Shown piece after piece: positions 19,342 through 28,976 of a DNA stretch of 64,000 nucleotides. Made by a program: the position numbers and the translations under genes. The notes under the pieces were generated by a model, which was not told the DNA's origin, made no database searches, and saw only the letters and a program-made list of their open reading frames with translations. Positions within the stretch are counted from its first letter, which is position 1. The number at the start of each line of letters is the position of its first letter. Source of the DNA: Candidatus Rifleibacteriota bacterium (GTDB lineage Bacteria; Muiribacteriota; Ozemobacteria; Ozemobacterales; Ozemobacteraceae); the NCBI GenBank assembly GCA_017417215.1, contig JAFPZP010000107.1, positions 5,584 through 69,583 of the forward strand, read 5' to 3'.

Positions 19342-19475
19342 GAAGTTGTCTGAAAACTTGAAAGTTACTAAAATATTAGTGCACTTGGCAATGACCTTAA
19401 CCCTTTCGAAAAGGGGATTTTAAAATAATTATACAAAGCTGATTTGGGGCTAAAACCTAGTTTTTTGACAGGCTC
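19342..19475. repeat. Small MITE/REP-like element
   Basis: Imperfect terminal inverted repeats (GAAGTTGTCTGAAAACT vs reverse complement GAGCCTGTCAAAAAACT); internal hairpin CCCTTTCGAAAAGGG whose flank matches the element at ~47856-47875. Confidence 0.4.
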
Positions 19476-19497
19476 AACAAAGGATATAAAACATACT

Positions 19498-19525
19498 GGT
19501 TTACATAATATTTGTGATTTATTTT
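19498..19525 (-). other. XerD-arm-like/dif-like site, copy 2
   Basis: Minus strand AAAATAAATCA-CAAATA-TTATGTAAACC; 17 bp TGGTTTACATAATATTT (19497-19513) identical to 16809-16825. Confidence 0.4.
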
Positions 19526-19730
19526 TGCTCTTTTTATAAAAAATTATGACTTTTGTTTTTTCTTTCGTTATAGATAAAAAAAGATAAATCTTAGTCGATG
19601 TATATAGGGCTTTGGGTAACTATGCTCAGTTGCTATAAAAAAGCTGAAACAACGTAATATTCTCTTTGCTGGTCATAATCGTCACTGTTTGTGACTGCAA
19701 AGTTATAATGTTTATATAGATTAGGTATAG

Positions 19731-21458
19731 ATGAATACTGAAGAAAAACTAAATTCTAACGAAAAAGATGTTCCATGTGAAACTATACAAAATAATGATT
19801 CACATATAAAAGAATCTGCTGATTCAACATCTAATGAAACATCAAAGAAAAAGACTTCCGTCGCTCGTTCGGCAGCAGTTATGGGAATTGCTACTTTTTT
19901 TAGCCGAATAGCAGGTTTGGTCAGAGAACAGACTTTTGCTTACCTGTTTGGGGCAGGTAAATGGACAGATGCTTTCAATGTTGCTTTTAAAATACCTAAC
20001 CTTTTAAGAGACCTTTTTGCAGAAGGTGCAATGAGTGCTGCTTTTGTTCCGACTTTTAATTCTATTTTGCAAAAAGAAGGCGAGGAAAAGGCTTTCAGGC
20101 TTACTAACCTGACTTTTTGCGCAATTCTTATTGTTGTTGGCAGTTTAACAGCACTTGGAATGGTTTTAAGTCCTTACATTGTTCAGATTCTTGCCCCTCA
20201 ATTCATTGAAGACCCTGAAAAATTTGCTGTTACAGTAACTATGACACGCATAATGTTCCCGTTTTTGCTAGTTATTTCCTGGGCAGCGATTTCTATGGGA
20301 ATGCTTAATTCATTGGGCGAGTTTTTTATCCCCTCTGTAGCACCGGTTTTTCTGAATCTCTCTATGATTTTATCTGGCTGGCTCATTTGTCCTTTGGCTG
20401 TAAAGTTTAATATGCCTGCTATTACAGGTATGGCAATTGGAGCTATGCTTGGTGGTATATTGCAGTTCACAGTTCAGCTCCCATCTCTTGTTCGAAAAGG
20501 TTGGAAATTCTTTTGGTGTCTGGATTTTAAAGACCCGGGCATTAGAAAAATTGGTAAGTTGATGATTCCTGGAACAGTCGGCTTAGCTGCTACCCAGATA
20601 AATGTTGCTGTTAATACTATACTTGCTACCTCTCAGGGTGATGGGGCTGTAAGCTGGATAAGTTATGCCTTCAGAATAATGCAGCTTCCTATAGGCATAT
20701 TTGGGGTTGCGGTGGCTCAGGCTACTTTACCAGTCATTTCACGACAGGCTGCCAGCGGAGATAAAGATTCAATGGCAGGAACATTAGCCAGTTCTATAAG
20801 ACTTTCTTCCTTTATTAATCTTTGGGCTTGTTTTGCCTGTGTGGCATTAGCTGAACCTGTAATCAGAATTATTTATCAGCATGGAAGATTTGGAATTGCA
20901 GACACCTTAGCTACTACAGCAGTTTTGAGGGCGTATTCCATAGGACTTGTATTTTATGCTCTGATAAAGATTCTTGGCCCTGCATTCTATGCCTTAGAAG
21001 ATACAAAGGTTCCTGTAAAGGCAAGTATTATTTCTATTATAGTGTCGATTACTTTAAGTCTGGCTTTGATTAAACCTTTTGGTTATATAAGTTTACCATT
21101 CAGCAGCAGTATAGCTGCTATAGTCAATGCTGGTTTTTTATTCTTCATGCTTCAGAAAAGGGTAGGGGGCTTTGGAAAATACTCTCTTGTATCTGGATTA
21201 ATAAAGATTTTGATTGCTACTGCTATTTCTGGTGTGGCAACCTATTATTCCTATGTTGGTTTTGCAGGTTATATGGGTTCTTTGTTCCCGGCATATGTTG
21301 CAGGAACTTTTATTAACTCTGTAGTTTCATTATGTGTGGGCGGTTTAGCTGGTCTTGTAGCTCTATATGTTGTTTCAAGATTGATTCATGTGGAAGAAGC
21401 AGATAAAGCTGCTGAGCTTGTTTTGAAAAAGATTCGCCGAAAAAAGACGAATAACTGA
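19731..21458 (+). CDS. murJ: Lipid II flippase MurJ (MviN)
   Basis: SRIAGLVRE, DAFNVAFKIPNLLRDLFAEGAMSAAFVP, RIMQLPIGIFG; 14 TMs; ~40-aa hydrophilic N-terminal extension. Confidence 0.97.
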   Translation: MNTEEKLNSNEKDVPCETIQNNDSHIKESADSTSNETSKKKTSVARSAAVMGIATFFSRIAGLVREQTFAYLFGAGKWTDAFNVAFKIPNLLRDLFAEGAMSAAFVPTFNSILQKEGEEKAFRLTNLTFCAILIVVGSLTALGMVLSPYIVQILAPQFIEDPEKFAVTVTMTRIMFPFLLVISWAAISMGMLNSLGEFFIPSVAPVFLNLSMILSGWLICPLAVKFNMPAITGMAIGAMLGGILQFTVQLPSLVRKGWKFFWCLDFKDPGIRKIGKLMIPGTVGLAATQINVAVNTILATSQGDGAVSWISYAFRIMQLPIGIFGVAVAQATLPVISRQAASGDKDSMAGTLASSIRLSSFINLWACFACVALAEPVIRIIYQHGRFGIADTLATTAVLRAYSIGLVFYALIKILGPAFYALEDTKVPVKASIISIIVSITLSLALIKPFGYISLPFSSSIAAIVNAGFLFFMLQKRVGGFGKYSLVSGLIKILIATAISGVATYYSYVGFAGYMGSLFPAYVAGTFINSVVSLCVGGLAGLVALYVVSRLIHVEEADKAAELVLKKIRRKKTNN

Positions 21459-21504
21459 TTTACCTCTTTGTTTTAATAATCAAATTTTTCTAATTTTTAA
21501 TCAG

Positions 21505-21534
21505 TTTTTACTAATTTTTCAAAATTAGTAAAAA
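21505..21534. other. Perfect AT-rich inverted repeat (14-bp arms)
   Basis: TTTTTACTAATTTT-TC-AAAATTAGTAAAAA downstream of murJ; operator or weak terminator. Confidence 0.5.
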
Positions 21535-21561
21535 TAACATTATTTTAGCATCTAAACCGAT

Positions 21562-21589
21562 TATTAAAATCAAAATAATTATGTAAACC
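21562..21589 (+). other. XerD-arm-like/dif-like site, copy 3 (inverted relative to copies 1 and 2)
   Basis: TATTAAAATCA-AAATAA-TTATGTAAACC. Confidence 0.4.
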
Positions 21590-21651
21590 CGTGATTTTAT
21601 CTTTTTAATTATAAAAAGTTAAACTAAAAGTCTTTTAAGCGGTACAATCGC

Positions 21652-21662
21652 TGTGGTATAAT
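21652..21662 (+). promoter_or_regulatory. Extended -10 promoter, likely leaderless transcript
   Basis: TGTG-G-TATAAT ends 6 nt before ATG 21669; no SD present. Confidence 0.6.
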
Positions 21663-21668
21663 TAAATT

Positions 21669-24230
21669 ATGCTATACAAATTTTCTAACAAAAAAGGTAA
21701 TATTACTTTAATCCTTGTTGGGCTTATTTTCGTAATGATGATTATGACTATGTTTTTGTCACGTCGTCTTACAAGCCATACCCAGTTGCTCACTTTAGGT
21801 GATTATACCCAAATAAGCAGATATTATCTTGAATCCTATGCTAATCATGTTATGCAACAGGTTAGAGCTCAGGTTAATGATCCTACTTCCAAGTTAAATG
21901 AAGCAATGTGTCAAGACATAGAGTCATTACCTAGTAGAGATTTAACTGATTGTTTCGTTTATAAAGAATCTGATGCTCTTAAAGAATTAGAAATAGTATA
22001 TGGCAATAATAATAAAATAAAAAGGTTAGTCGGTCCTGGTAACTTTTCAATAAAACTGACTAATAACACAGAAGCTATTGGTTACCCTGAGTGGTTAACA
22101 ATAGAAAAAGAAAAAACCTTGGATAATCTTAAAAAAGAAAAAGAAGGCGTCTTAGAGGTTACTTGTGCCTGTTCATTTAATAAAAGAAAATATACTCTTG
22201 TTGTTCAGTTCCCTTTCACAGTTGTTTATCGTATGACTCCAGTTCTTAAAGATTTTATGCTTTTTGCTGATAATATTTATTCTGAACAGAGATGGGAAAA
22301 ACAAGTTAAATTAAGTGATGATAAAAGTCTGGATAGATTAAATATTGTTGCCATAGAAAATGGTAGGGCAGTCTTAGAAGATTATGCAGAAAGTCTTAAA
22401 GAAGACAATGATATTAATTTTAATTATATTAATCGAGGTAAATTCAGGATAAGACCCTGGTTTTTGTTGCAACCTCCAGAAGGTGAGGCTGTAGACGAAA
22501 AAAATTCTGGAATGGTATATTTAGGGCCTACAGATAGAACTTTTGGAAAATCAATTTTTTATAATTTAGGTGGTATTGCTCCTAAAAGCGATCCAGATTC
22601 CTCTGATACAGATCTTATAGACCACAGTGATGTTAATATTGTTACTCCAGAATCAGTAGGTTTGCCTCAAAATTTTGATATAACAAATGAGACTGCAGAT
22701 TTCCCAATAGGTGGTGGTATTAAATCTTATGGAAGAGAAACTCATTTAAAATCGGAAGGTCACCATTTGAATTTAGGGGTTATAGGTTTCTGTAAAGAGT
22801 TTACTACTTTTTTTGATGTTGGTATATATAAACTTTCTGATTTCTTTAATGATGATTCAGATGTATTAATGAAACCTGATAGTGAAACTTTCTGGGGTGA
22901 AATAATTAAAAAATCGTTAGACTATAGGAAATACTATGGCTTTTCATTTGGCTTAAAACTTTTTGGAGTTCATTATAAAACTATACTCGGTAACCCTGTT
23001 CCACCCGTAAAACGTCAGATTTTTGGAAATGTTTTCGGACGATTTATATTGTTCAATATGTGGAGTGGTCCTTCGTCAGCTTTCCAAGCATTAAAATATA
23101 ATCCTAATTGTACTATTGATGAAGTTCCACCTCAGGAGTTGAATTATTTAGCAGATAGAGATCCAATATATTTCAGACCAGAGGAATATGAAGAGGGGAT
23201 GAGCGAACAAGAACAGAGAGAGATATATAATAAATATATGTCTAAAACCATGTCTGGTATGGTAACCAAAGACCATTATAAGAAAAATGGAGATGGTCGT
23301 AACCAATCTCTCTTTATGCCAATAAATTATGATTATGATGGCGGATGGGAACATAAAATTTTTGATGATAGTGATTTTGAAGCAAACGATGGCTTTAAAT
23401 TTAAAGGTAGAGATAAGGGTTTTGATAAATTTGGTGAATTGTGGTTTGCAAGAAAAGATGATAATCCATCAGACCCTACCGATGACCGTTCTTGTATAGA
23501 AAAACGTATTGGTAGAACTTTTGAAGATGAAGATAGATTTAAAGAAGCTGTTGGTTATCCAGAAAGATTTAAGATTAATGGTGTGGTTTATGTAAAAGGT
23601 GATTTGGATTTAAGTAAGGGAATGAATTTAAAGGCAGATGATTGCAGTGGCGGAATCGTCTTGGTCGATGGTGATATAAAAGTAGGTAATATTCTTAGAG
23701 GGCAAGACCCAATATTTGATAGAAACAATAAATTTGAATTGTTTACTGGTAGTGGCAATGGAGTTGAAATTTATAAGGGTTGGGTTGATTCTGCATCAGA
23801 ATATTACATTGGTGCAGATAAGATTTTAACTTTTGTTTGTTTGCCTAATGGAGGGAAAAAACGAAAAATAGAGATAGTTGGAAACACTTTATTGGGCGTT
23901 CAGCTTATTAATCTAACTCAAGATGATTCTAAAAAAAGATCAAGCTGGGACCGTGAAGAAATTGAAGACCAGATTTGTTGGAATTTGCCAATAGATAGCA
24001 AGAAGAAAGACATTATTTTCTATGGGTCTATTGCCTGCAATCAGTTAAACTTGCCTCGAAGACTATTAGAATTTGGTGAAATCACTAATAGCTGTGATGC
24101 TGTTTTAAATGCACCCGTCTTTTTGTATCCTTCTGTTATGGCTTCAGAAACTCCTCCTTTGGCTGTTCAGATTATGGAAGATATGCGGTGTTACCGTCTT
24201 ACTGCCGAAAAAGAAGGAGCTACAGATTAA
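21669..24230 (+). CDS. Giant PilX/GspK-like pilin (853 aa)
   Basis: KKG|NITLILV leader and single hydrophobic helix without Glu5; large soluble domain with beta-rich C-terminus; motifs shared with 44057..46708; coupled to two prepilins. Confidence 0.65.
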   Translation: MLYKFSNKKGNITLILVGLIFVMMIMTMFLSRRLTSHTQLLTLGDYTQISRYYLESYANHVMQQVRAQVNDPTSKLNEAMCQDIESLPSRDLTDCFVYKESDALKELEIVYGNNNKIKRLVGPGNFSIKLTNNTEAIGYPEWLTIEKEKTLDNLKKEKEGVLEVTCACSFNKRKYTLVVQFPFTVVYRMTPVLKDFMLFADNIYSEQRWEKQVKLSDDKSLDRLNIVAIENGRAVLEDYAESLKEDNDINFNYINRGKFRIRPWFLLQPPEGEAVDEKNSGMVYLGPTDRTFGKSIFYNLGGIAPKSDPDSSDTDLIDHSDVNIVTPESVGLPQNFDITNETADFPIGGGIKSYGRETHLKSEGHHLNLGVIGFCKEFTTFFDVGIYKLSDFFNDDSDVLMKPDSETFWGEIIKKSLDYRKYYGFSFGLKLFGVHYKTILGNPVPPVKRQIFGNVFGRFILFNMWSGPSSAFQALKYNPNCTIDEVPPQELNYLADRDPIYFRPEEYEEGMSEQEQREIYNKYMSKTMSGMVTKDHYKKNGDGRNQSLFMPINYDYDGGWEHKIFDDSDFEANDGFKFKGRDKGFDKFGELWFARKDDNPSDPTDDRSCIEKRIGRTFEDEDRFKEAVGYPERFKINGVVYVKGDLDLSKGMNLKADDCSGGIVLVDGDIKVGNILRGQDPIFDRNNKFELFTGSGNGVEIYKGWVDSASEYYIGADKILTFVCLPNGGKKRKIEIVGNTLLGVQLINLTQDDSKKRSSWDREEIEDQICWNLPIDSKKKDIIFYGSIACNQLNLPRRLLEFGEITNSCDAVLNAPVFLYPSVMASETPPLAVQIMEDMRCYRLTAEKEGATD

Positions 24231-24766
24231 TGGGTCTGAAAACCAGAGCTTTTTCAATGGTTGAAGTCATGGTAGCTATTGTCGTCTTTGCGCTGGCAAT
24301 TCTTCCATTGGTTTGGTTAAGCTCTAAACAAACAAAAGAGGCTTTCCATGTCGGTAAACATATGATGGCAGGTCAGCTTGCCGCAACTTTCATGGATAAT
24401 ATTCTACATCGTGACTATGATGATGTTTCTAATATTGCTAAAAAAAGTCCTTATGAAGGCGATGTGCTTGAAAATTCTTCTAATTCTAAGATAAAAGATT
24501 TTTTTAATTTATCTGAAATGGTTGAAGGTCTAGAGAATGAAAAAGCTAATGAAAATATAAAAATTTCGTTTAGAAATTTTAGATATAAGATTACTTTGAA
24601 AGAAAATTTAAAAGACAGCTATAATTCTGATACTAAAGAATATGGAAAGGCTATATCTATAACAGTTGAAGTTTCATATTTAGTTTCAGATAATAAAAAT
24701 GATAGAGATAGAACAAGGCAATATTTGCGTATAAATGCGATTAAATATGGTGAAATGCATAAATAA
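24230..24766 (+). CDS. Prepilin (PilV/GspI-like)
   Basis: Start moved to ATG 24230 (TAATG overlap, AGGAG SD): MGLKTRA|FSMVEVMVAIVV; A.QLA...MD motif. Confidence 0.82.
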   Translation: MGLKTRAFSMVEVMVAIVVFALAILPLVWLSSKQTKEAFHVGKHMMAGQLAATFMDNILHRDYDDVSNIAKKSPYEGDVLENSSNSKIKDFFNLSEMVEGLENEKANENIKISFRNFRYKITLKENLKDSYNSDTKEYGKAISITVEVSYLVSDNKNDRDRTRQYLRINAIKYGEMHK

Positions 24767-24767
24767 T

Positions 24768-25475
24768 ATGAAGAAAACTGGTGATTATCTAAAAAATAAA
24801 AAAGGGATAACTGTTATGGAAATAGTTATCGTAATTGCCATTTCCAGTATTATTATGGGAGTTGCAATGGCTATGATGAGTCGCAGTAATACCCAGTTTA
24901 AGAGAAGCACCAATATGATAAACATACAACGTTTGATGGATAATATTATTGAACGTATTCGTTCAGATGTTCGTTCTTTAAAACGTATTGTTCCATCGGA
25001 TGATAATGGGTCTGGTAATGATACTATAACTTCTGGAGATCCTAATAAAATTAGTTTTGTCGTAGTAAAATTTATAGATGCTGAAAGCTATGATGATATT
25101 GATAAAGAACATAATTATTCTAAAATAACTTATGAGTTTGACCCTGAACAAAAGACTCTTTTTCGATATGAAATTAAAGACTGTGATATGTATGGAGTAG
25201 GTGGTGAAACTGTACCTGAAGAGTCTAACTTTCATGGTATGAATCAGGTTCTTTCTATGAACTTTGATCCTGTGTTTAATCATGAGTATGAAGATGGCGT
25301 AAGAACTAAAAGAGATTCAAATAAAGGTGATGATTTCAAATGTTTGAATGTTGCTATGCAATTAGTCGCTAATGAATACAGTAGCAAAGATTCTGATGCA
25401 TCAACTTTATCTATTGCTTGCCAGTTTTATTCAACATGTGTAGAATCAAAACTTAGATTTGATGATAATAAATAA
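24768..25475 (+). CDS. Prepilin (PilW/GspJ-like)
   Basis: Probable start ATG 24768; KKG|ITVMEIVIV; ERIRSDVRS and ITYEFD...LFR motifs. Confidence 0.8.
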   Translation: MKKTGDYLKNKKGITVMEIVIVIAISSIIMGVAMAMMSRSNTQFKRSTNMINIQRLMDNIIERIRSDVRSLKRIVPSDDNGSGNDTITSGDPNKISFVVVKFIDAESYDDIDKEHNYSKITYEFDPEQKTLFRYEIKDCDMYGVGGETVPEESNFHGMNQVLSMNFDPVFNHEYEDGVRTKRDSNKGDDFKCLNVAMQLVANEYSSKDSDASTLSIACQFYSTCVESKLRFDDNK

Positions 25476-25497
25476 TTCTTTCTCGTATGGAGGGATA

Positions 25498-26556
25498 ATG
25501 AAAAGATCTAATTTAATACTTGCTGTAGCAATGAGTTCTTTATTTGCGGTAGGAGCTAGCTTTGCTGATGATGCTGTTATTATCAGACAGGCAAGAGAGC
25601 TTCAAATGGCAAAAAAATATGATGAAGCTATAAAGCTTTATGAAGCTAGTGTAAAAAACAATGCCTCTGAAAGACTTTATGTAGACTACGCTGCTTTGCT
25701 TATCAACTTAAAAAAATATGTTCAATGTGATGAATTATTGACCAAGGCTTCTGATATTTATCCAGATAGTTTGAGAATTAAGAACGCATTGGGTATGGCT
25801 AAGTATAAAAAAGGTGATTTATCTGGCGCTTCTGCTCTGTTTTCTCAGGTTCTTAGCAAAGATTCTGAAAATAAATATGCTAAGACAATGTTGGAAACCA
25901 TAAGAAAAGAAAAATCATCTTCTTCTCCTATAGATACTGCAAATGGTGCTGAAACAGTTTCAAATGCTGGCGATGATGCTGATTACGGTGACAGCTTTGT
26001 TGGTGGAGCTATCACTTTCAATGTTTCTGATAAATTATCTTTGGAAGAACAGCAGGAACTTGCTAAAAAGCTTTATGGCGAAATGACAAAAATGGATGAT
26101 GAAGACCTTGATGGCTTTATCAGACTGCATAAGCAAGTAATTGAAAAGTGCCCCAAAACAGATCAGGCACAAGAATCTTGTTGGAGACTTTCTAATCTTT
26201 ATTTCTTAGGTTATCAACCACCGGATTTCGAAAACTGTATGGCTGTTTTGGAACATCTGCTTAAGCAGTATCCAGATACTCCTCTTATGCCAGATGCTAA
26301 GAACAGACTTATTGTTTGTAGTAAAAAGACAGAAAACTTCGATAAAGTTTGTAAACTTTACGAAGAACTCTTCCAGAAAGACCCGGAACCAGATGATACA
26401 ACTTTCATGATTAGAGCTTTGGAATATGCTGATGCTTTAACTAGTGCAAACAGAATAGATGAGGCAAAAGCTTGGTATATGAAAGTTATTGAAAAAGATG
26501 ACGGGAAGAATTCTTTGCAGGCAAGAGCTGCAACAAGAAAACTCGGAAATCTTTAA
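25498..26556 (+). CDS. Exported TPR protein
   Basis: Probable start MKRSNLILAV after GGAGG; signal peptide ASFA; TPR helices; LLKQYPDT. Confidence 0.82.
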   Translation: MKRSNLILAVAMSSLFAVGASFADDAVIIRQARELQMAKKYDEAIKLYEASVKNNASERLYVDYAALLINLKKYVQCDELLTKASDIYPDSLRIKNALGMAKYKKGDLSGASALFSQVLSKDSENKYAKTMLETIRKEKSSSSPIDTANGAETVSNAGDDADYGDSFVGGAITFNVSDKLSLEEQQELAKKLYGEMTKMDDEDLDGFIRLHKQVIEKCPKTDQAQESCWRLSNLYFLGYQPPDFENCMAVLEHLLKQYPDTPLMPDAKNRLIVCSKKTENFDKVCKLYEELFQKDPEPDDTTFMIRALEYADALTSANRIDEAKAWYMKVIEKDDGKNSLQARAATRKLGNL

Positions 26557-26584
26557 TTATTACTAATATATTAGTTGTAATGAG

Positions 26585-26621
26585 GTTACTATGATTAAAT
26601 TTATTATTTAATCATAGTAAC
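26585..26621. other. Perfect 16-bp-arm inverted repeat (hairpin/terminator or operator)
   Basis: GTTACTATGATTAAAT-TTATT-ATTTAATCATAGTAAC between the TPR gene and the next ORF. Confidence 0.6.
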
Positions 26622-26667
26622 TATTACGATTATCATAAAAATCTTTAGGAAGAACCGAAGGAGGACT

Positions 26668-27222
26668 ATGCATAAAATGTCTAAAAGCTTTAATTATTGT
26701 TTTAAAAAGGTCTTTTTTTGTCTTTCGGTTTTTTTGTTCTTTTCTTTTTTTTCTGCAATATCTTTGAATGCTATGATTAGAGATATTTCTTTAGATGAAC
26801 TTGTTAGAAGATCAGATACTATTGTTGTTGTTGACGTTTTAGCTGTAAAAACAGTAGGAACGCTACCATCCGGGGCTCAGGTCGTTGCAAATCTTGTTAG
26901 TGTAAACCAGCCATTAAAAGGTGGGGTTGCTATTGGTGAACGATTAAAACTAAAAACTAGAACTATTGAAGATGAAGCTTTCTTGAAAAAGGGACAAAAA
27001 ACTCTTCTTTTTCTAAGAAAGGTTCAGAATTATTATGAAGTAGTTTCTGGTATTGCTGGAACATGGCCTATTGAAGATGATGGCAACTTATATGGTTATG
27101 GGACAGGCAAGAAGCTTTCTGATGTTGAAAAGGCTATAGAATCTGTTGAAGCAGAAATGAAAGCTAATCCCGACAAAAAGCCAGATTCGGGTTCTCGCTC
27201 TAAAATAGTTATTTCATTATAA
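26668..27222 (+). CDS. Exported hypothetical protein (OB/NTR-like)
   Basis: AAGGAGG SD; signal peptide SLNA; SLDELVRRSDTIVV...G...LLFL pattern. Confidence 0.7.
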   Translation: MHKMSKSFNYCFKKVFFCLSVFLFFSFFSAISLNAMIRDISLDELVRRSDTIVVVDVLAVKTVGTLPSGAQVVANLVSVNQPLKGGVAIGERLKLKTRTIEDEAFLKKGQKTLLFLRKVQNYYEVVSGIAGTWPIEDDGNLYGYGTGKKLSDVEKAIESVEAEMKANPDKKPDSGSRSKIVISL

Positions 27223-27230
27223 AATTACTT

Positions 27231-28226
27231 GTGACTTTTAAAAAGAATCCTTTATTTCAACGTTTATTATCTAAATTAACCCCTGTTCCTGAAGGATCAA
27301 AATTTGCTGTTGCCGTTTCTGGCGGTACAGATTCTGTTGCTTTGCTATTTTTAATAAAAGAATGGTGTCGTATGAAACACAAAAATATATGTGTGTTTCA
27401 TGTCGATCATTCTATGCGCAGCACTAGTTCTTCTGATGCAGAATGGGTTAGTAATCTTTGTAAAGAATTAAACATAGAGTTTTTTATAAGAAAAGCCACA
27501 GAAGAAGATTTATCTAAAAACCGTCATTTAGGTTCAGAAGGCTGGGCAAGAAATTTCAGGTATTCTGCTTTTGCTTCAATGCTTAAAGAATCTGGCGCTG
27601 ATGTGATCGTAACAGGTCATAATTCAGATGATCAGGCTGAAACCATTATTATGAGAATGCTTAGAGGTTGTTCTTGGAGAGGACTACATGGAATCAAGAG
27701 CCAGATTATTCTGAATTTTGAGAATACTAAATTGAAAATGTGGCGGCCTATTCTTAATATTTCAAGAGCAGAATTATCTAGCTTTTTGAAATCTTTTAAG
27801 CAGAGTTGGCGTGAAGACGAAACAAATCAGACAGATTTGTATTTAAGAAATAAAATCAGACATAGATTAATGCCAATGCTTGAAGAAATATATAAAGGTT
27901 CTGTAGAACATATAGTTGCATTGGGTGAAGATGCTGCTTTATTGCAGAAAGAACTGCATTTAAGAGCTTTAAGATATTTAAAAAAGTATTTTAATACTGA
28001 AAAAAATCAGATTATGGTTGCCCTAAAGCCAGAAACCTCTCTTCGCAGAGAGGTTATAAGAATTTGGCTTAAAAATAATGGATTAGAACTGTCTATCAAT
28101 AGAAGTCTTATTGAAAGAATAGATGATTTATGGTTGGTTAAGAATAATGGTCGTGCGGTAAAGCATGCAAATTTTGAAGTTCTTCGTCATAAAAAATATT
28201 TATGGCTTAGGGTTTGGAACATTTAA
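27231..28226 (+). CDS. tilS: tRNA(Ile)-lysidine synthetase, short form
   Basis: AVSGGTDS PP-loop, HVDH, ARNFRY, GHNSDDQAET, RPIL, DETN..RNKIRH; GTG start. Confidence 0.95.
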   Translation: MTFKKNPLFQRLLSKLTPVPEGSKFAVAVSGGTDSVALLFLIKEWCRMKHKNICVFHVDHSMRSTSSSDAEWVSNLCKELNIEFFIRKATEEDLSKNRHLGSEGWARNFRYSAFASMLKESGADVIVTGHNSDDQAETIIMRMLRGCSWRGLHGIKSQIILNFENTKLKMWRPILNISRAELSSFLKSFKQSWREDETNQTDLYLRNKIRHRLMPMLEEIYKGSVEHIVALGEDAALLQKELHLRALRYLKKYFNTEKNQIMVALKPETSLRREVIRIWLKNNGLELSINRSLIERIDDLWLVKNNGRAVKHANFEVLRHKKYLWLRVWNI

Positions 28227-28235
28227 AAAGAACTA

Positions 28236-28976
28236 TTAATACCAACTTTCGTTTTGAATTACTTTTTTCTTTTGATTTAGGATTATTATTTCTACACGTC
28301 GGTTGATTTCCCTTGCTGCATCAGAAGTATTTTGAACTTTGGGGCGATTATCCGCATAACCTTGAGCAGAAAATCTTTCTGGATCCAAATTCATTTCATT
28401 TACAAAATATCTTACAACAGTACAGGCTCTAGCTGCCGAAAGTTCCCAGTTTGACGGGAAAGTAGATTTGGCATTCGGAGGTAAATCGTCTGTATGACCA
28501 TCTATTCTTATATAGTTATCTATTGTGCCAATTATAGGAACTAGAGCAATAAGAACTTCTTCAGCTCCCTTTTTCATATTGGCACTGCCGCTTTCAAATA
28601 AAACGTTGGTTGGTATTTGAATTTTTACCATCTGGTCGTTTGATGTTACTTGAATACGGTCATGCATTGTGACTTTAGATAGTTTATTTTTGACACTTCT
28701 AACTATTCTAACGGCTTCATTTCTTTGAGTAGCTGGAGTCATCAATATACCCTTGTCACCTTGGGTAAGCCACTGGTGTGCACCTTGAGCCTGATTAATT
28801 GTAAAAACGGCAAAAAAGCGCTGGTCCATAGACTGGCTTTCTTGACGTTTTTTAGGAGAGTCCAAGGATGAAAATGCAAAAAGCATAACAAAGAAACAAA
28901 GCATATTTGTAACCAAATCGCCGTATGATACATACCACAAGGCGGCAGATGGTTGTTTGTTTTCTCTTTTAAGCAT
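28236..28976 (-). CDS. motB: MotB/PomB-family stator subunit with OmpA-like domain
   Basis: WYVSYGDLVTNMLCFFVML TM with conserved Asp; GHTD, NWELSAARA, NRRVEI. Confidence 0.92.
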   Translation of the reverse strand: MLKRENKQPSAALWYVSYGDLVTNMLCFFVMLFAFSSLDSPKKRQESQSMDQRFFAVFTINQAQGAHQWLTQGDKGILMTPATQRNEAVRIVRSVKNKLSKVTMHDRIQVTSNDQMVKIQIPTNVLFESGSANMKKGAEEVLIALVPIIGTIDNYIRIDGHTDDLPPNAKSTFPSNWELSAARACTVVRYFVNEMNLDPERFSAQGYADNRPKVQNTSDAAREINRRVEIIILNQKKKVIQNESWY

